The notes below the pieces were generated by a model. The model ran no database searches, had not been told where the DNA came from, and saw only the letters and a list, made by a program, of their open reading frames with translations. Shown piece by piece: positions 48,025-57,882 of a stretch of 64,000 bases of DNA (position 1 is the first letter of the stretch; each line of letters opens with the position of its first letter). The stretch lies in NCBI GenBank assembly GCA_963724325.1, contig CAVRUH010000001.1, forward strand, positions 256,001 through 320,000, given 5' to 3'. The DNA comes from Waddliaceae bacterium (GTDB lineage Bacteria; Chlamydiota; Chlamydiia; Chlamydiales; Waddliaceae). The translations under genes and the position numbers were made by a program.

Positions 48025-49557
48025 ATGAAAACAGAAAGAGAAAATCAACTCGAAAAACTGCAGCGCGATTCTTTTGACATTCTTGTCATTGGAGGGGGCG
48101 CTACAGGAGCTGGCATCGCCTTGGATGCTGCTACACGGGGCTATAAGGCGGCATTAGTCGAAGCAGAAGATTTTGCATCGGGAACTTCAAGCCGCTCCAC
48201 AAAGCTTCTTCATGGGGGTGTCAGGTATCTTGAGGAAGCCGTCAAGCATCTCAACATCAATGAATTCAAAATGGTCAAACATTCTCTCCACGAACGTTCT
48301 ACATTGCTTTCGATTGCCCCGCATCTGACCAAATTGCTTCCCATTTTCATTCCAACCTATACTTTATGGGATAAATTCTATTATGGCATTGGAATGAAAA
48401 TCTACGATCTTATGTCAGGGTCACATGGATTAAAATCGAGTCATTTTGTCTCCAAGAAGGAGTCTCAAAAGCTTTTTCCATTATTAGATGACAAAAATCT
48501 GAAAGGAGGAATCATCTATTACGATGGGCAATTTGATGATGCTCGCATGAATATCAGCCTCGCTATCACTGCGGCTTCCTATGGAGCAGCCATTGCAAAT
48601 TATGTTTCTGTAGTAGCCTTGAAAGAAAATGGGGCCATCGTCAAAGACAAATTCTCCGGCAAAGAATGGGAAATTCATGCCAACCTCATAGTCAATGCCA
48701 CGGGTCCCTTTGCCGACAGTATTAGACTCATGGACAATCCACATACTCCAAACGTAATGAAAGGAAGTGCAGGAACTCATATTTTGTTAGACCGCTCGTT
48801 CTGTCCTCATGAAACAGGAATTCTCATTCCCAAGACACCCGACGGTCGAGTTATCTTTATTTTGCCATGGGAAGAAAGCACTTTAGTTGGAACCACTGAT
48901 ATTCCAGCGAAAATTGTTCAAGATCCCCAACCTACCGATGAAGAAATTGAATTTCTCCTTAATACCATTAATAAATATTTAAGTCGCCAGGTGACTCGTG
49001 CTGATATTAAATCGAGCTGGTGCGGGATTCGTCCATTGGTGCAGGAGAATAGTACAACGGAGACGGCAAAATTAAGCCGAGATTATAAAATTGAGGTTTC
49101 AACAACAGGACTTTACTCCATTATGGGAGGGAAATGGACCTCATATCGTTTGATGGGGGAAGATCTTCTCAATACGGCGATAACTAATGGTGATTTACCC
49201 TTTAAAGGCAAATGTGTGACCAAAATAACGTCTCTTGTTGGTGCGCAAAATCCGCTTCCTGTATTGGAAACCAAGCTTGATGCTGATATCATTGCTCATC
49301 TTTTGCATGCCTATGGAGACCGGGCTGATCAGGTAGTTGAAATCGCTGAATCGGGTTATTCCCAAAGGCTGGCAATTGGCTATCCATACATTGAGGCCGA
49401 GGTGATCTACGCCGCAAAACATGAATATGCCTGCACAGAGATGGATGTTTTATCTCGCCGCACCCGTCTTTTCACGCAAGACGAAGCAGCAGCACAAGCT
49501 GCAATTCCAACAGTCCGAAAACTTTTATCCGCCTTAAAATTCTTGACTCCATTTTAA
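48025..49557 (+). CDS. glpD: FAD-dependent glycerol-3-phosphate dehydrogenase
   Basis: IGGGATGAG, GTSSRSTKLLHGGVRYL, DGQFDDAR, GIRPL, GGKWTSYR. Confidence 0.95.
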   Translation: MKTERENQLEKLQRDSFDILVIGGGATGAGIALDAATRGYKAALVEAEDFASGTSSRSTKLLHGGVRYLEEAVKHLNINEFKMVKHSLHERSTLLSIAPHLTKLLPIFIPTYTLWDKFYYGIGMKIYDLMSGSHGLKSSHFVSKKESQKLFPLLDDKNLKGGIIYYDGQFDDARMNISLAITAASYGAAIANYVSVVALKENGAIVKDKFSGKEWEIHANLIVNATGPFADSIRLMDNPHTPNVMKGSAGTHILLDRSFCPHETGILIPKTPDGRVIFILPWEESTLVGTTDIPAKIVQDPQPTDEEIEFLLNTINKYLSRQVTRADIKSSWCGIRPLVQENSTTETAKLSRDYKIEVSTTGLYSIMGGKWTSYRLMGEDLLNTAITNGDLPFKGKCVTKITSLVGAQNPLPVLETKLDADIIAHLLHAYGDRADQVVEIAESGYSQRLAIGYPYIEAEVIYAAKHEYACTEMDVLSRRTRLFTQDEAAAQAAIPTVRKLLSALKFLTPF

Positions 49558-49600
49558 TCATCATTTAGGTTTGAAATAATTCAATAATGAGGAGAATAAG

Positions 49601-51142
49601 ATGATTGTTCAAGAAGCATATTTCAGATTAGCAACGCGGCAAGAAACTGTGAAAGCCAAAGGCGATTGCCTTGAACAAAGACTTTCAAGCATTTGGCAAG
49701 GGATTAACTACATTCAAGGTACGATTGACCTTTTGTGGAAAGGTGCAGACCTTTTAGCTTGGGATACACCTCCGACCCTAAAAGCAGCGCATTGGATCAC
49801 TAAACAGCTAGGCTGGGCTCCACACCACGACCTCTTTAAAGAAACAATGAATTATCGTTATGAAAACTATAAGCTTATTCCGATGCACACACACCAAATA
49901 ACAAATGAAGTTGTCATGAAAGCCTTTTTTAAGGAACATCGAAATGATGAAATTTTTACTCCTAATAAGTCATTTAAAAAGCTATTCGAGATCGTAAAAA
50001 AGACATTTCCTGAAACACAATTTACAGAAGAAGACCTCATATTAACCTGTGGCAAGGATTCCACCAAATTTTATCACAAGTTATTTGCAGACCCAATGAA
50101 AGGCGATTGGATGAAAGAAATCATTAATAAGGAAGTCCAATTAGCATTTAAGGACTGGACAGCACGCTGTGCCAACAATCGTTACATCAATATCACTGAG
50201 GAAACTCGAGTTCTTGCATCAAGAATCATCAGCCGCGTTTTATTCGGTCAAAAACAAGACGATATAAGACTTTGTAATTCATTAAATTTTATCAGTAATT
50301 TTTCCGTAAAAGAAATGACAGGAAAAGCTACAGCGGAAGATCGAATAAAGTTTGGTAAAGCCTTAAATGACTTGCGAATTGCCACAGGTATAATTATTTG
50401 CAGTAGGCATCCGATACCCCTTTTTGGTGAAAAACTTGAGACCCCTCCACCTCAACGAAAAGAAGACCCTGACATAGTAATAGAAACGTTTCCTCCTGAA
50501 GAGCTGGAACATTTTAAAGAAGCATCCAAAAATATTGGAGATGCAGAAAGTGACATCTACCGTCAAAGAAAGGACAATGGCATTCTTAGCCATGCAAAAA
50601 TGCAAGCAATGATATTCACTGCACTTTTCGCAGGGCAAGAAACTACGGCTGTTTTGATGGGCCATATAATGGCACAGCTTGGTATTAACCCGGAACAAGT
50701 TGAACGCTTAAATCAAGATAGTATCATGAATATCTTTACTAGATCCATTCATGATTTTACTCCTGCATTTGCCGTAGGACGGGTAGCAAGGGACAATATT
50801 GTCCTTGAATATAAGTTAGAAGGTGAAAACAAATTCAGAAATGTCTTCTTTCCTAAAGACGATATTTTAGCCGGACGTATCATCACTATAGCGGAAAAAA
50901 CTATTCTTCCTGAAGAAGGCAAACTGCCACCCTATTCAAAATGGAAGCCTTTTGGTGGCGGACTGCATAGGTGTCCCGGAGAAAACCTTGCTGTTAATGA
51001 GGTTTCAGCTTTAATTGAAGAACTCAAAAAAGGCTATAAAATTACAATGCATCCCGATGTAGGCGAACTCAAAAAGCTTGGAAGGATTACCTTGCAATAC
51101 GACCAGGACATTATCGTTCACATAGAAAAAATTGATAACTAA
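49601..51142 (+). CDS. Cytochrome P450 (atypical)
   Basis: I-helix AGQETT and heme loop PFGGGLHRCPG; ExxR not conserved. Confidence 0.85.
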   Translation: MIVQEAYFRLATRQETVKAKGDCLEQRLSSIWQGINYIQGTIDLLWKGADLLAWDTPPTLKAAHWITKQLGWAPHHDLFKETMNYRYENYKLIPMHTHQITNEVVMKAFFKEHRNDEIFTPNKSFKKLFEIVKKTFPETQFTEEDLILTCGKDSTKFYHKLFADPMKGDWMKEIINKEVQLAFKDWTARCANNRYINITEETRVLASRIISRVLFGQKQDDIRLCNSLNFISNFSVKEMTGKATAEDRIKFGKALNDLRIATGIIICSRHPIPLFGEKLETPPPQRKEDPDIVIETFPPEELEHFKEASKNIGDAESDIYRQRKDNGILSHAKMQAMIFTALFAGQETTAVLMGHIMAQLGINPEQVERLNQDSIMNIFTRSIHDFTPAFAVGRVARDNIVLEYKLEGENKFRNVFFPKDDILAGRIITIAEKTILPEEGKLPPYSKWKPFGGGLHRCPGENLAVNEVSALIEELKKGYKITMHPDVGELKKLGRITLQYDQDIIVHIEKIDN

Positions 51143-51145
51143 AAA

Positions 51146-51326
51146 AAGGACATAGAGGACCTAAATGCCGTTTTTAGGTCCTTTTTGTCCCTTACGCATC
51201 AACTAAAAAAAAATTTTAACACCGAGTTCACAGAGAAAATAGAGGGGCACAGAGCTATTTTATACTCAATGATCTCTCTTGTGTTCTCTCGTGTTCTCTG
51301 TGGTAAAAGATGTTTTAGGTTGGTGC
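51146..51326. repeat. Intergenic palindromic repeats
   Basis: Hairpin aaggacatagaggacctaaa / tttaggtcctttttgtccctt, then cacagag / ctctgtg arms bracketed by gcatcaactaaaa / ttttaggttggtgc. Confidence 0.65.
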
Positions 51327-51562
51327 ATATGCCCACTTTTCTTTAAAATGGGGAAAGTAGAGATGACAATAGATAAGATCCCACGATATTCCTTTTCAAT
51401 TTGAAGGAAAATCTTTATATTGGATTTTTTGCTTTACAGTCAATGAAAAAAATGAAATTTTCTGAAGTTACTTGTGAATATATTTAGGACGCCAAAATTG
51501 GAATCAAAGCAATAGCAAATGCAGCAATTCCAAGAGTGCGAAAATTGTTAACTGAAGGAAAT

Positions 51563-51868
51563 TTATAGTAAGTGGCGAGGCCTGTAATAGCCCTTGTCTA
51601 CAACTTCTAAAAGACGAGAAGCCGCGTGGCTGGGAACACGTCTTCCCGACTCCCAAGATTGTACAGTTTTAAGACTAACGTTGAGAAATTTAGCAAATAG
51701 ACTTTGAGGATAGTGTAATTCTGTACGGATTCTCTTCACTTCTTTTGCAGTATAACTTGCTGCTGGTTCAGGAACTTCAATCTCATGTATCCTTAACTTT
51801 TTTTTACCTTTTTGGTGATCGAGAATATCACCTAAACCTTCTTTAAGAAGGTCAAACATCTCACCCAT
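51563..51868 (-). CDS. HigA-like HTH antitoxin
   Basis: VKRIRTELHYPQSLFAKFLNVSLKTVQSWESGRRVP; downstream of toxin. Confidence 0.88.
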   Translation of the reverse strand: MGEMFDLLKEGLGDILDHQKGKKKLRIHEIEVPEPAASYTAKEVKRIRTELHYPQSLFAKFLNVSLKTVQSWESGRRVPSHAASRLLEVVDKGYYRPRHLL

Positions 51869-51895
51869 TTTGAACTCCTTTTTTGATGAGTTTAA

Positions 51896-52213
51896 TCATA
51901 CTAAGGACAACCGCTTTTCATCAGAGGTCAAATCCTCTTTCACGTTTTTGGGGTACAACACCACAAGATACGTTATTCCTACATCGGGAAAATCTAAATA
52001 ATCAATTCGAAAACCACCACTTTTCCCCTTATTGGTTGATCTCAGACGAATTTTCCTCAAGCCTGCCATACCAGTAATGACTTTCCCAAGTTTAGGATTT
52101 TGAAGTAGCTCCTTTTCAAAGTCTACAAAATCATCTTCTAAAAGTTTCCTTTCTTCAACTAATCGATCATAGATTCTGGTAAAAACTGTGGTCTGAATAA
52201 ACATTCGCTTCAT
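51896..52213 (-). CDS. RelE/HigB-like toxin (toxin-first module)
   Basis: NPKLGKVITGMAGLRKIR, GKSGGFRIDY, YPKNVKEDLT. Confidence 0.88.
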   Translation of the reverse strand: MKRMFIQTTVFTRIYDRLVEERKLLEDDFVDFEKELLQNPKLGKVITGMAGLRKIRLRSTNKGKSGGFRIDYLDFPDVGITYLVVLYPKNVKEDLTSDEKRLSLV

Positions 52214-52280
52214 AGCCTAATTGTACTACAAGGTAACATAAAAAGTCAAATATAAGTGTCCTGGAGAAAACCATTCTTTG

Positions 52281-53387
52281 TCATCTTCTGCGATGTTGTT
52301 CTTGGATGGTTTCCATGAGGGAAAGATAGGAGTCGTAGCGGATGGGGGAGATGTTCCCTTTTTCGACTTCACCTCTAACCACACAGCCTGTTTCGTGGGT
52401 GTGTGTACAATCTGGATATTTACAGTCTTTTGAATGCTCCTGGATTTCGTTGAAATAATGGCGTACCTCGTCTGGAGCAAGGTCCCAGACCCCAAAACTC
52501 TTTATTCCTGGAGTGTCTATGCACCAACCACCAAATGACAATGGCACTAACTGAGCTGTAGATGTAGTGTGCGCCCCCTTTTTTGTCCTTTTTACTGTTT
52601 CTCCAACAAGAAAATCATGACCGCCAATAGCATTAATCAAAGAAGATTTACCTGTTCCAGATTGACCCGAAAATACAGATGCCTTTCCTTGCATAGCACC
52701 ACGAAGGGCATCCATCCCTTCTTGTGTCACAGTACTCACAGGATAAACCGGAATTTCAGCTTCTTTATATGCCGACAACAACTCTTGGAACAAATCTGCC
52801 TCATCAGGTGAATCTTTCAAAAGATCTATTTTATTAATCACTATAATAGGAGTCATATTCCCTTTGCGGGCAGCTATGATGTATCGATCAATCAAAGATG
52901 TTTTCAAGGGTGGAGAAACAACCGAAGCGGTTATTAAAACCTGGTCGATATTCGCCGCAATGAGCTGCTCCTTTCGTCGAGACAGATTATCAGCACGAGA
53001 CAGAATAGATTTCCTGGGCTCCACCTCGGAAATAATCCCTTCGTCCTCCGAGACTTTCTCGTAAAAAACAAAATCGCCTACAGTGACCAAATTTTTCGAG
53101 AGATTTCTCTCCTTTTTGAGGTTGCCTCTTAATGAACAAGTAATATTGCGTCCCTCGTGCTCAACAACCATTCCCCGCGAAGTTACTGAAAGTACTCTGC
53201 CACGGCAAAGATCTTTGGTTGAAATACGCTCTTTTTCTTTAATATCGGTTTTCTTGTATTTAGAACGATCCTTTGCAGAAAGACGCTTTCTTTCTTTTCT
53301 ACTCTGTTTTAGGGAATCGGAAAAGTACTCGTCCTCAATAGGACAGGCTACCCAGCGCTTCGGATTTTTTTCATCTTTATCGTTCAT
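52281..53387 (-). CDS. rsgA: Ribosome small subunit-dependent GTPase A
   Basis: AANIDQ, NKID, GQSGTGKSS, HTTS, DTPG, CKYPDCTHTHETGC. Confidence 0.96.
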   Translation of the reverse strand: MNDKDEKNPKRWVACPIEDEYFSDSLKQSRKERKRLSAKDRSKYKKTDIKEKERISTKDLCRGRVLSVTSRGMVVEHEGRNITCSLRGNLKKERNLSKNLVTVGDFVFYEKVSEDEGIISEVEPRKSILSRADNLSRRKEQLIAANIDQVLITASVVSPPLKTSLIDRYIIAARKGNMTPIIVINKIDLLKDSPDEADLFQELLSAYKEAEIPVYPVSTVTQEGMDALRGAMQGKASVFSGQSGTGKSSLINAIGGHDFLVGETVKRTKKGAHTTSTAQLVPLSFGGWCIDTPGIKSFGVWDLAPDEVRHYFNEIQEHSKDCKYPDCTHTHETGCVVRGEVEKGNISPIRYDSYLSLMETIQEQHRRR

Positions 53388-53409
53388 AGTTGAATTATAA
53401 CATTTTAAA

Positions 53410-54141
53410 TTATTGATTTACAAGACAATACATCAAAATTCCCCCAGCAACGGCAACATTTAAAGACTCCATTTCTCCCGACATTGGAATAGCTACCTTG
53501 GTACAGAATTTACGTGCCTCTTCGGATAGACCATGCGCCTCATTCCCCACGACCAATGCAATTTGTTTAGATTTTTCTGAACTTACATCCTTGCCTCCCA
53601 TATCAGCTGCTATGGGTTCGAGCTTGTTTTCCTTAATTAATTCGATTAATTCCTCCCAATTTCCCGTCCTAAGAGGCAATCGAAAAGTTGCCCCTTTTGC
53701 GGCCCTAAGCGCCTTATCATTATAAGGATCGCAGCTGTTATGAAGGATATAGGCTCCATCCCAACCTAAAGCCAACGCCGTGCGAAGCAGTGTCCCCATA
53801 TTTCCAGGATCGCTGACTCCATCAAGCACCAAAACATGCTTTTTATTTTTAAGAGTGGCTAAGGGAGGCAATTCTACTTCCGCAGCAATTCCTTCCGGAG
53901 CTTCTAATCCGGTAATTTTCTTCATGATTGACTCGGTCACTATGAAACATTCTTCAAATTTCAAACCTTTAGGGGGTTCTCCAACTACTAAAAGAGTCTT
54001 TATCGGGATTTCCTTAACAAGATTCTGTCCGACAATCAATGCCCGCTTTTGTGCATGTCTATAGCTGCTGCTTGTCCTGAGCTTATGGAGGTGTTTAACG
54101 AGAGGATGTTGCAGGCTGGTGATAGGCTTCATGGATTCCAA
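53410..54141 (-). CDS. TrmH/SpoU family RNA methyltransferase
   Basis: LDGVSDPGNMGTLLRTA, GNEAHGL, IPMSGEMESLNVAVA. Confidence 0.92.
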   Translation of the reverse strand: MESMKPITSLQHPLVKHLHKLRTSSSYRHAQKRALIVGQNLVKEIPIKTLLVVGEPPKGLKFEECFIVTESIMKKITGLEAPEGIAAEVELPPLATLKNKKHVLVLDGVSDPGNMGTLLRTALALGWDGAYILHNSCDPYNDKALRAAKGATFRLPLRTGNWEELIELIKENKLEPIAADMGGKDVSSEKSKQIALVVGNEAHGLSEEARKFCTKVAIPMSGEMESLNVAVAGGILMYCLVNQ

Positions 54142-55328
54142 AATGTACTCTGTTTGAGTTTGGCAATAATTTTCTGGGGATCGTGCAGATCCTGAGTAAT
54201 AGCGATTCTTTCGCCCTCTTTAATTAGAGCTCCCATTTGTTTTCCTGGGAGAATGCCCTCTTCTTGCAGCAGCTTAGCGCTGACGAGAGGGGTCTTATGG
54301 ATGATTCTATCAATATGCTGCTCAAGCTTCTTTCTTTGGTTATGATGATGGTGGAGAAATGAGGAAGGTTCGTGGGCTGCAATCGCCTGCAGGATAAGTT
54401 GTGAGCGGGGGTCAGCATAGAAATAGACCCAATGAACAGGATCAGTTATTTTCTTGCCGCGGTCCATAAATTCAACCAATTCCATATCTTTGGCGCTCAC
54501 CTTCAAATAAAAACATATTTCGAGAAACCTTTCCAGGGGTGCATTTGGAAATAATTCCATAATATAGAGAATTGTTGGGCAATCCTGAGGAAATTTTGCA
54601 AAAAAGGCGGTGCATGCCTGTATTTCGTGCAATGGTTTGTGTTTTAGAGAAGTAAATATCTGTTGCAATAAACCAAAGCGATGAAGGTCGATAATGCAGC
54701 GGTCGAAGTGCTTTCCTTCTCCCATTTTCTTGAGCTCTTGCCAGATTCTTTCCATTGCAACGGCGGGGAAAAGAGTATGTGCATTTTTTTTGATTGCTTC
54801 TTCGGTCTCAGGGTCGATTTTGAAGTCAAAACGGGAGGCTATGCGCACAGCGCGAATCATCCGCAAGCGATCTTCCACAAATCTTTCATCGGGATTGCCG
54901 ATAGCTCTGACTAGGCGCCGAGCGAGATCGTCTTTGCCCCCAACAAGGTCGATCACTTCGTCTTTTAATGGATCGTAAAACATTCCGTTGATGGTGAAGT
55001 CGCGTCGTTGGGCATCTTCTAATGGAGTTGACATCTCAATTTTTGATGGTTTTCTTCCATCGAGGTATTCGATATCTTTTCGGAAGGTGGCTACTTCGAA
55101 AGGCATTCCTTCTTTCAAAACGATCATCACTCCAAAAGCTGCACCGACAGGAACAGTTTTCGGAAAAATTTTGGCGATTTCTTGAGGTGTAGCGCTCGTG
55201 GCAATATCGACATCTGCGGAGGGATGGCCAAGCAAGTAGTCCCTGACCCATCCCCCGGCAAAATAGGCCATATAACCGGCATCTACCAAAGTATTCACAA
55301 TTTCTGTCGCAAGTCTACGCGCTCTCAT
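54129..55328 (-). CDS. cca: CCA tRNA nucleotidyltransferase / poly(A) polymerase family
   Basis: AGGWVRD, DVDIAT, EVATFR, RRDFTING, EDRLRMIRAVR. Confidence 0.9.
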   Translation of the reverse strand: MRARRLATEIVNTLVDAGYMAYFAGGWVRDYLLGHPSADVDIATSATPQEIAKIFPKTVPVGAAFGVMIVLKEGMPFEVATFRKDIEYLDGRKPSKIEMSTPLEDAQRRDFTINGMFYDPLKDEVIDLVGGKDDLARRLVRAIGNPDERFVEDRLRMIRAVRIASRFDFKIDPETEEAIKKNAHTLFPAVAMERIWQELKKMGEGKHFDRCIIDLHRFGLLQQIFTSLKHKPLHEIQACTAFFAKFPQDCPTILYIMELFPNAPLERFLEICFYLKVSAKDMELVEFMDRGKKITDPVHWVYFYADPRSQLILQAIAAHEPSSFLHHHHNQRKKLEQHIDRIIHKTPLVSAKLLQEEGILPGKQMGALIKEGERIAITQDLHDPQKIIAKLKQSTFWNP

Positions 55329-55571
55329 ACACCCATGATATATCAAAATGCCATAAATTGCGAAAAGTTATCGGTTATTTCTAAACCTGAGGAAAAAGTT
55401 CTTGCAAGCCTTGTTGCCATGGGTAACAGGTAACATGTTCGAATTTTTTCGTGAATCGATCCTGACTCAATGTACTCCGGATTTACGGTTTAATCAAGCA
55501 TTTTCATGTAATTTCCGGAATGAACTCCGGAAATACGGGGTATAAAATTAATCAGATATTCAAAAGTATAT

Positions 55572-55618
55572 CTTGTGAACATTATGTACATTTGGTACAA
55601 TAGAGGCATACAGTACAA
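55572..55618 (+). promoter_or_regulatory. Putative TA promoter/operator
   Basis: TGTACA 55585-55590, GGTACA with -10-like TACAAT 55596-55601, GTACAA 55613; TGTACA cores are known YefM-type operators. Confidence 0.5.
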
Positions 55619-55630
55619 GGGGTTAGTTCT

Positions 55631-55897
55631 ATGGAAACCATTTCATGTAAAGAAGTCAGGGATCACATGGCTGAGGTCGTTAATCAAGTGGCCTATGGTC
55701 ATAAACGCTACACTTTAACACGCCGTGGCAATGAACTTGTCGTTCTTATCTCCTTTGAAGAATGGCAATCTATTGAAAAAGCTCTTCAAGAACGTGAAGA
55801 TGAGAGAGATATTCGGGATGCCGAAGCTGCAATGAAGCGCATAAAAAAAGATGGCGGAATTTCACTTGAACAAGTCAAAAATGACCTCGATTTATAG
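55631..55897 (+). CDS. Phd/YefM family antitoxin
   Basis: ISCKEVRDHMAEVVNQV..YTLTRRGNELVVLISFEEW. Confidence 0.9.
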   Translation: METISCKEVRDHMAEVVNQVAYGHKRYTLTRRGNELVVLISFEEWQSIEKALQEREDERDIRDAEAAMKRIKKDGGISLEQVKNDLDL

Positions 55898-56161
55898 ATG
55901 TACAAAATCATTTTTGATAAGGAAGCGAGCAAATCCCTAAAAAAATTGCCAAAACAGGAACAATCTCGAATATTAAGAAAAATTGAGGCTCTTTCTCAAA
56001 ATCCACGGCCAATTGGAGTAAGTTCTCTTCAGGGAAACTGGCATGGATTTTTCAGATTTAGAATTGGTAATTATCGAGTTATTTACAACATAGAAGACAA
56101 AATTCTCACAATATGTATTGTTAAGATTGCCCACCGTGGAAATGTTTATCAAGAAAGATAG
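55898..56161 (+). CDS. RelE/ParE family toxin
   Basis: YKIIF..A.KSLKKL, NPRP, FRFRIGNYRVIY, IAHRGNVY. Confidence 0.92.
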   Translation: MYKIIFDKEASKSLKKLPKQEQSRILRKIEALSQNPRPIGVSSLQGNWHGFFRFRIGNYRVIYNIEDKILTICIVKIAHRGNVYQER

Positions 56162-56343
56162 TTCTAATTCAATACTTTGCCATCACTTTATTATGGATTT
56201 GTTCTTGTGGTAAATGTCGGTTAAGTTTTTTATGGTGATGTTAGTTGGTTTTTTAATTCGCTTATGTGTATCGATTTTTTAGTTATTGGACAGAGAACGT
56301 TTTCGGTTGAATTGAGTTTTTTAAAATAGTTAGATAGGGCATT

Positions 56344-57507
56344 TTACAAGTTTGTTAGAAATTTTATAAAGACATCAATACAATTTTCTTGAGGATTCAT
56401 TTTCAATTGAATGAACTCCATGCACTTTTTCCAGAACTTATATTCCTCATCACAAGGTTTGTAATAATTCATTTTCCTCTCTGTATGGATCAGCAGATCT
56501 TTTCCTATTTCGTTTTCAACTCCAAAATTTGTACGCTCTATTAGAATTTTAGCAAGTTCTAATCCATGACAAAAATCTAAGACAAAGATTGGTGTTTTAA
56601 AGTTAATCTCAGCTATATTTACATCGATGCGCTTGTCATTTAAAAGTATCATTGCAGCTTCACATTTCTGATGATGCATTGATGTTAATAATAGAGTCTT
56701 ACCACCACCATAATCTTGATTTACGTTAATACGATCATCACTTAGTAATATTTTTATAATTTCAGTATTGTTTCGTCGACATGCAGCCATAAGAGGACTG
56801 TCGTCTCTATAGATTTTATTGACATCTATATCTTTGCAGCTCAATAAAACTCTTACAACCTCTGGACATTCACAGAGAACCGCTTCAAGCAGTGGGACTC
56901 TACCTCCATTCACGTCGGTTCTAGGGTCATTAATTAACAACTGGGCAATAGCCGGTTCTCGGGCATAGCACAGGGCAGTAAAATTTATGCTATTCATACA
57001 ATTAACATCAGTTATTGACTCTTTTAACAACTCCACTACAATGTCAGGTCGTTTATTATGAACTGCCCAAATTAATGGTGTCTCTCTCAAATTTCCAGCT
57101 TTTGCGTTTACATTCGTAACACCATTCGCAAGTAATTCTTTAACCTCATTTATATCTACTTTATCGTTTGATATCAGGGTGTTTATTAATTGTCGTGTTG
57201 GGCCCTCCTTGTCAGCTTGTTCTATTACAAATAATATTTTTTTGCATTTTTCTAATATTCTATTTCTATCTTCGACTAGATCATATTTTGATAACATCTT
57301 ATTAACGGGAATGCAAAATACATTCACATCCTCATAATAATGGGGCGAAAGATTGGATATCCCTTTGCTTATTTCGTTTATTTTATCGAAAATCTCCCAT
57401 ATTTCTTTCATTTGAGAATTTGTTAATTGCCTTTGCTCAATAATGTCATAAATTTTTAGTATTGAGATGTTCGGTATGGTGGGGTTGTTTTGATATAATG
57501 GGTTCAT
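56344..57507 (-). CDS. Ankyrin repeat protein (candidate effector)
   Basis: Repeats TPLIWAV, TALCYA, VPLLEAV, SPLMAAC with DVN linkers. Confidence 0.88.
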   Translation of the reverse strand: MNPLYQNNPTIPNISILKIYDIIEQRQLTNSQMKEIWEIFDKINEISKGISNLSPHYYEDVNVFCIPVNKMLSKYDLVEDRNRILEKCKKILFVIEQADKEGPTRQLINTLISNDKVDINEVKELLANGVTNVNAKAGNLRETPLIWAVHNKRPDIVVELLKESITDVNCMNSINFTALCYAREPAIAQLLINDPRTDVNGGRVPLLEAVLCECPEVVRVLLSCKDIDVNKIYRDDSPLMAACRRNNTEIIKILLSDDRINVNQDYGGGKTLLLTSMHHQKCEAAMILLNDKRIDVNIAEINFKTPIFVLDFCHGLELAKILIERTNFGVENEIGKDLLIHTERKMNYYKPCDEEYKFWKKCMEFIQLKMNPQENCIDVFIKFLTNL

Positions 57508-57508
57508 A

Positions 57509-57724
57509 CTACAACTTCTTTTTTGTAAATGTAGTGTTGGCAGCCTTTTGGAGGGCGCCCCAGTGGCCGCGGTCGAGCCAGCCGTGGGAGCCGTTCCAGT
57601 ACATGTAGAACCAGAAGATTCCCCATAGAGGAAGAGTATAATAGACTAGCTTTAGCCAGCCTGGGATTTTTTTGTCGTAAGAGTTGATGTTTGCGTCGCC
57701 ATATTCTTCGATTTCATGATCCAT
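57509..57724 (-). CDS. CcoP N-terminal-like small membrane protein (no heme motif)
   Basis: INSYDKKIPGWLKLVY resembles the CcoP N-terminal I.EYDN.LP.W motif; TAATG coupling. Confidence 0.7.
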   Translation of the reverse strand: MDHEIEEYGDANINSYDKKIPGWLKLVYYTLPLWGIFWFYMYWNGSHGWLDRGHWGALQKAANTTFTKKKL

Positions 57725-57882
57725 TAGTCATCTCCTTTCATCATTTGATCTTTAGCACCTTCATCCATATCCAGGCGCCCTTTTCTCCAGAGGTACAAGA
57801 AGACAAGGATGGTGCTTCCTGCGAGGGCTAATAATAAAGAATAATGAAATATCGCTCCATAGATTCCACTGCCATCTCTCAT
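57724..57882 (-). CDS. Small single-TM cbb3 accessory protein (CcoS/CcoQ-like)
   Basis: Manual translation MRDGSGIYGAIFHYSLLLALAGSTILVFLYLWRKGRLDMDEGAKDQMMKGDD*; ATGA and TAATG overlaps with neighbours. Confidence 0.75.
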   Translation of the reverse strand: MRDGSGIYGAIFHYSLLLALAGSTILVFLYLWRKGRLDMDEGAKDQMMKGDD

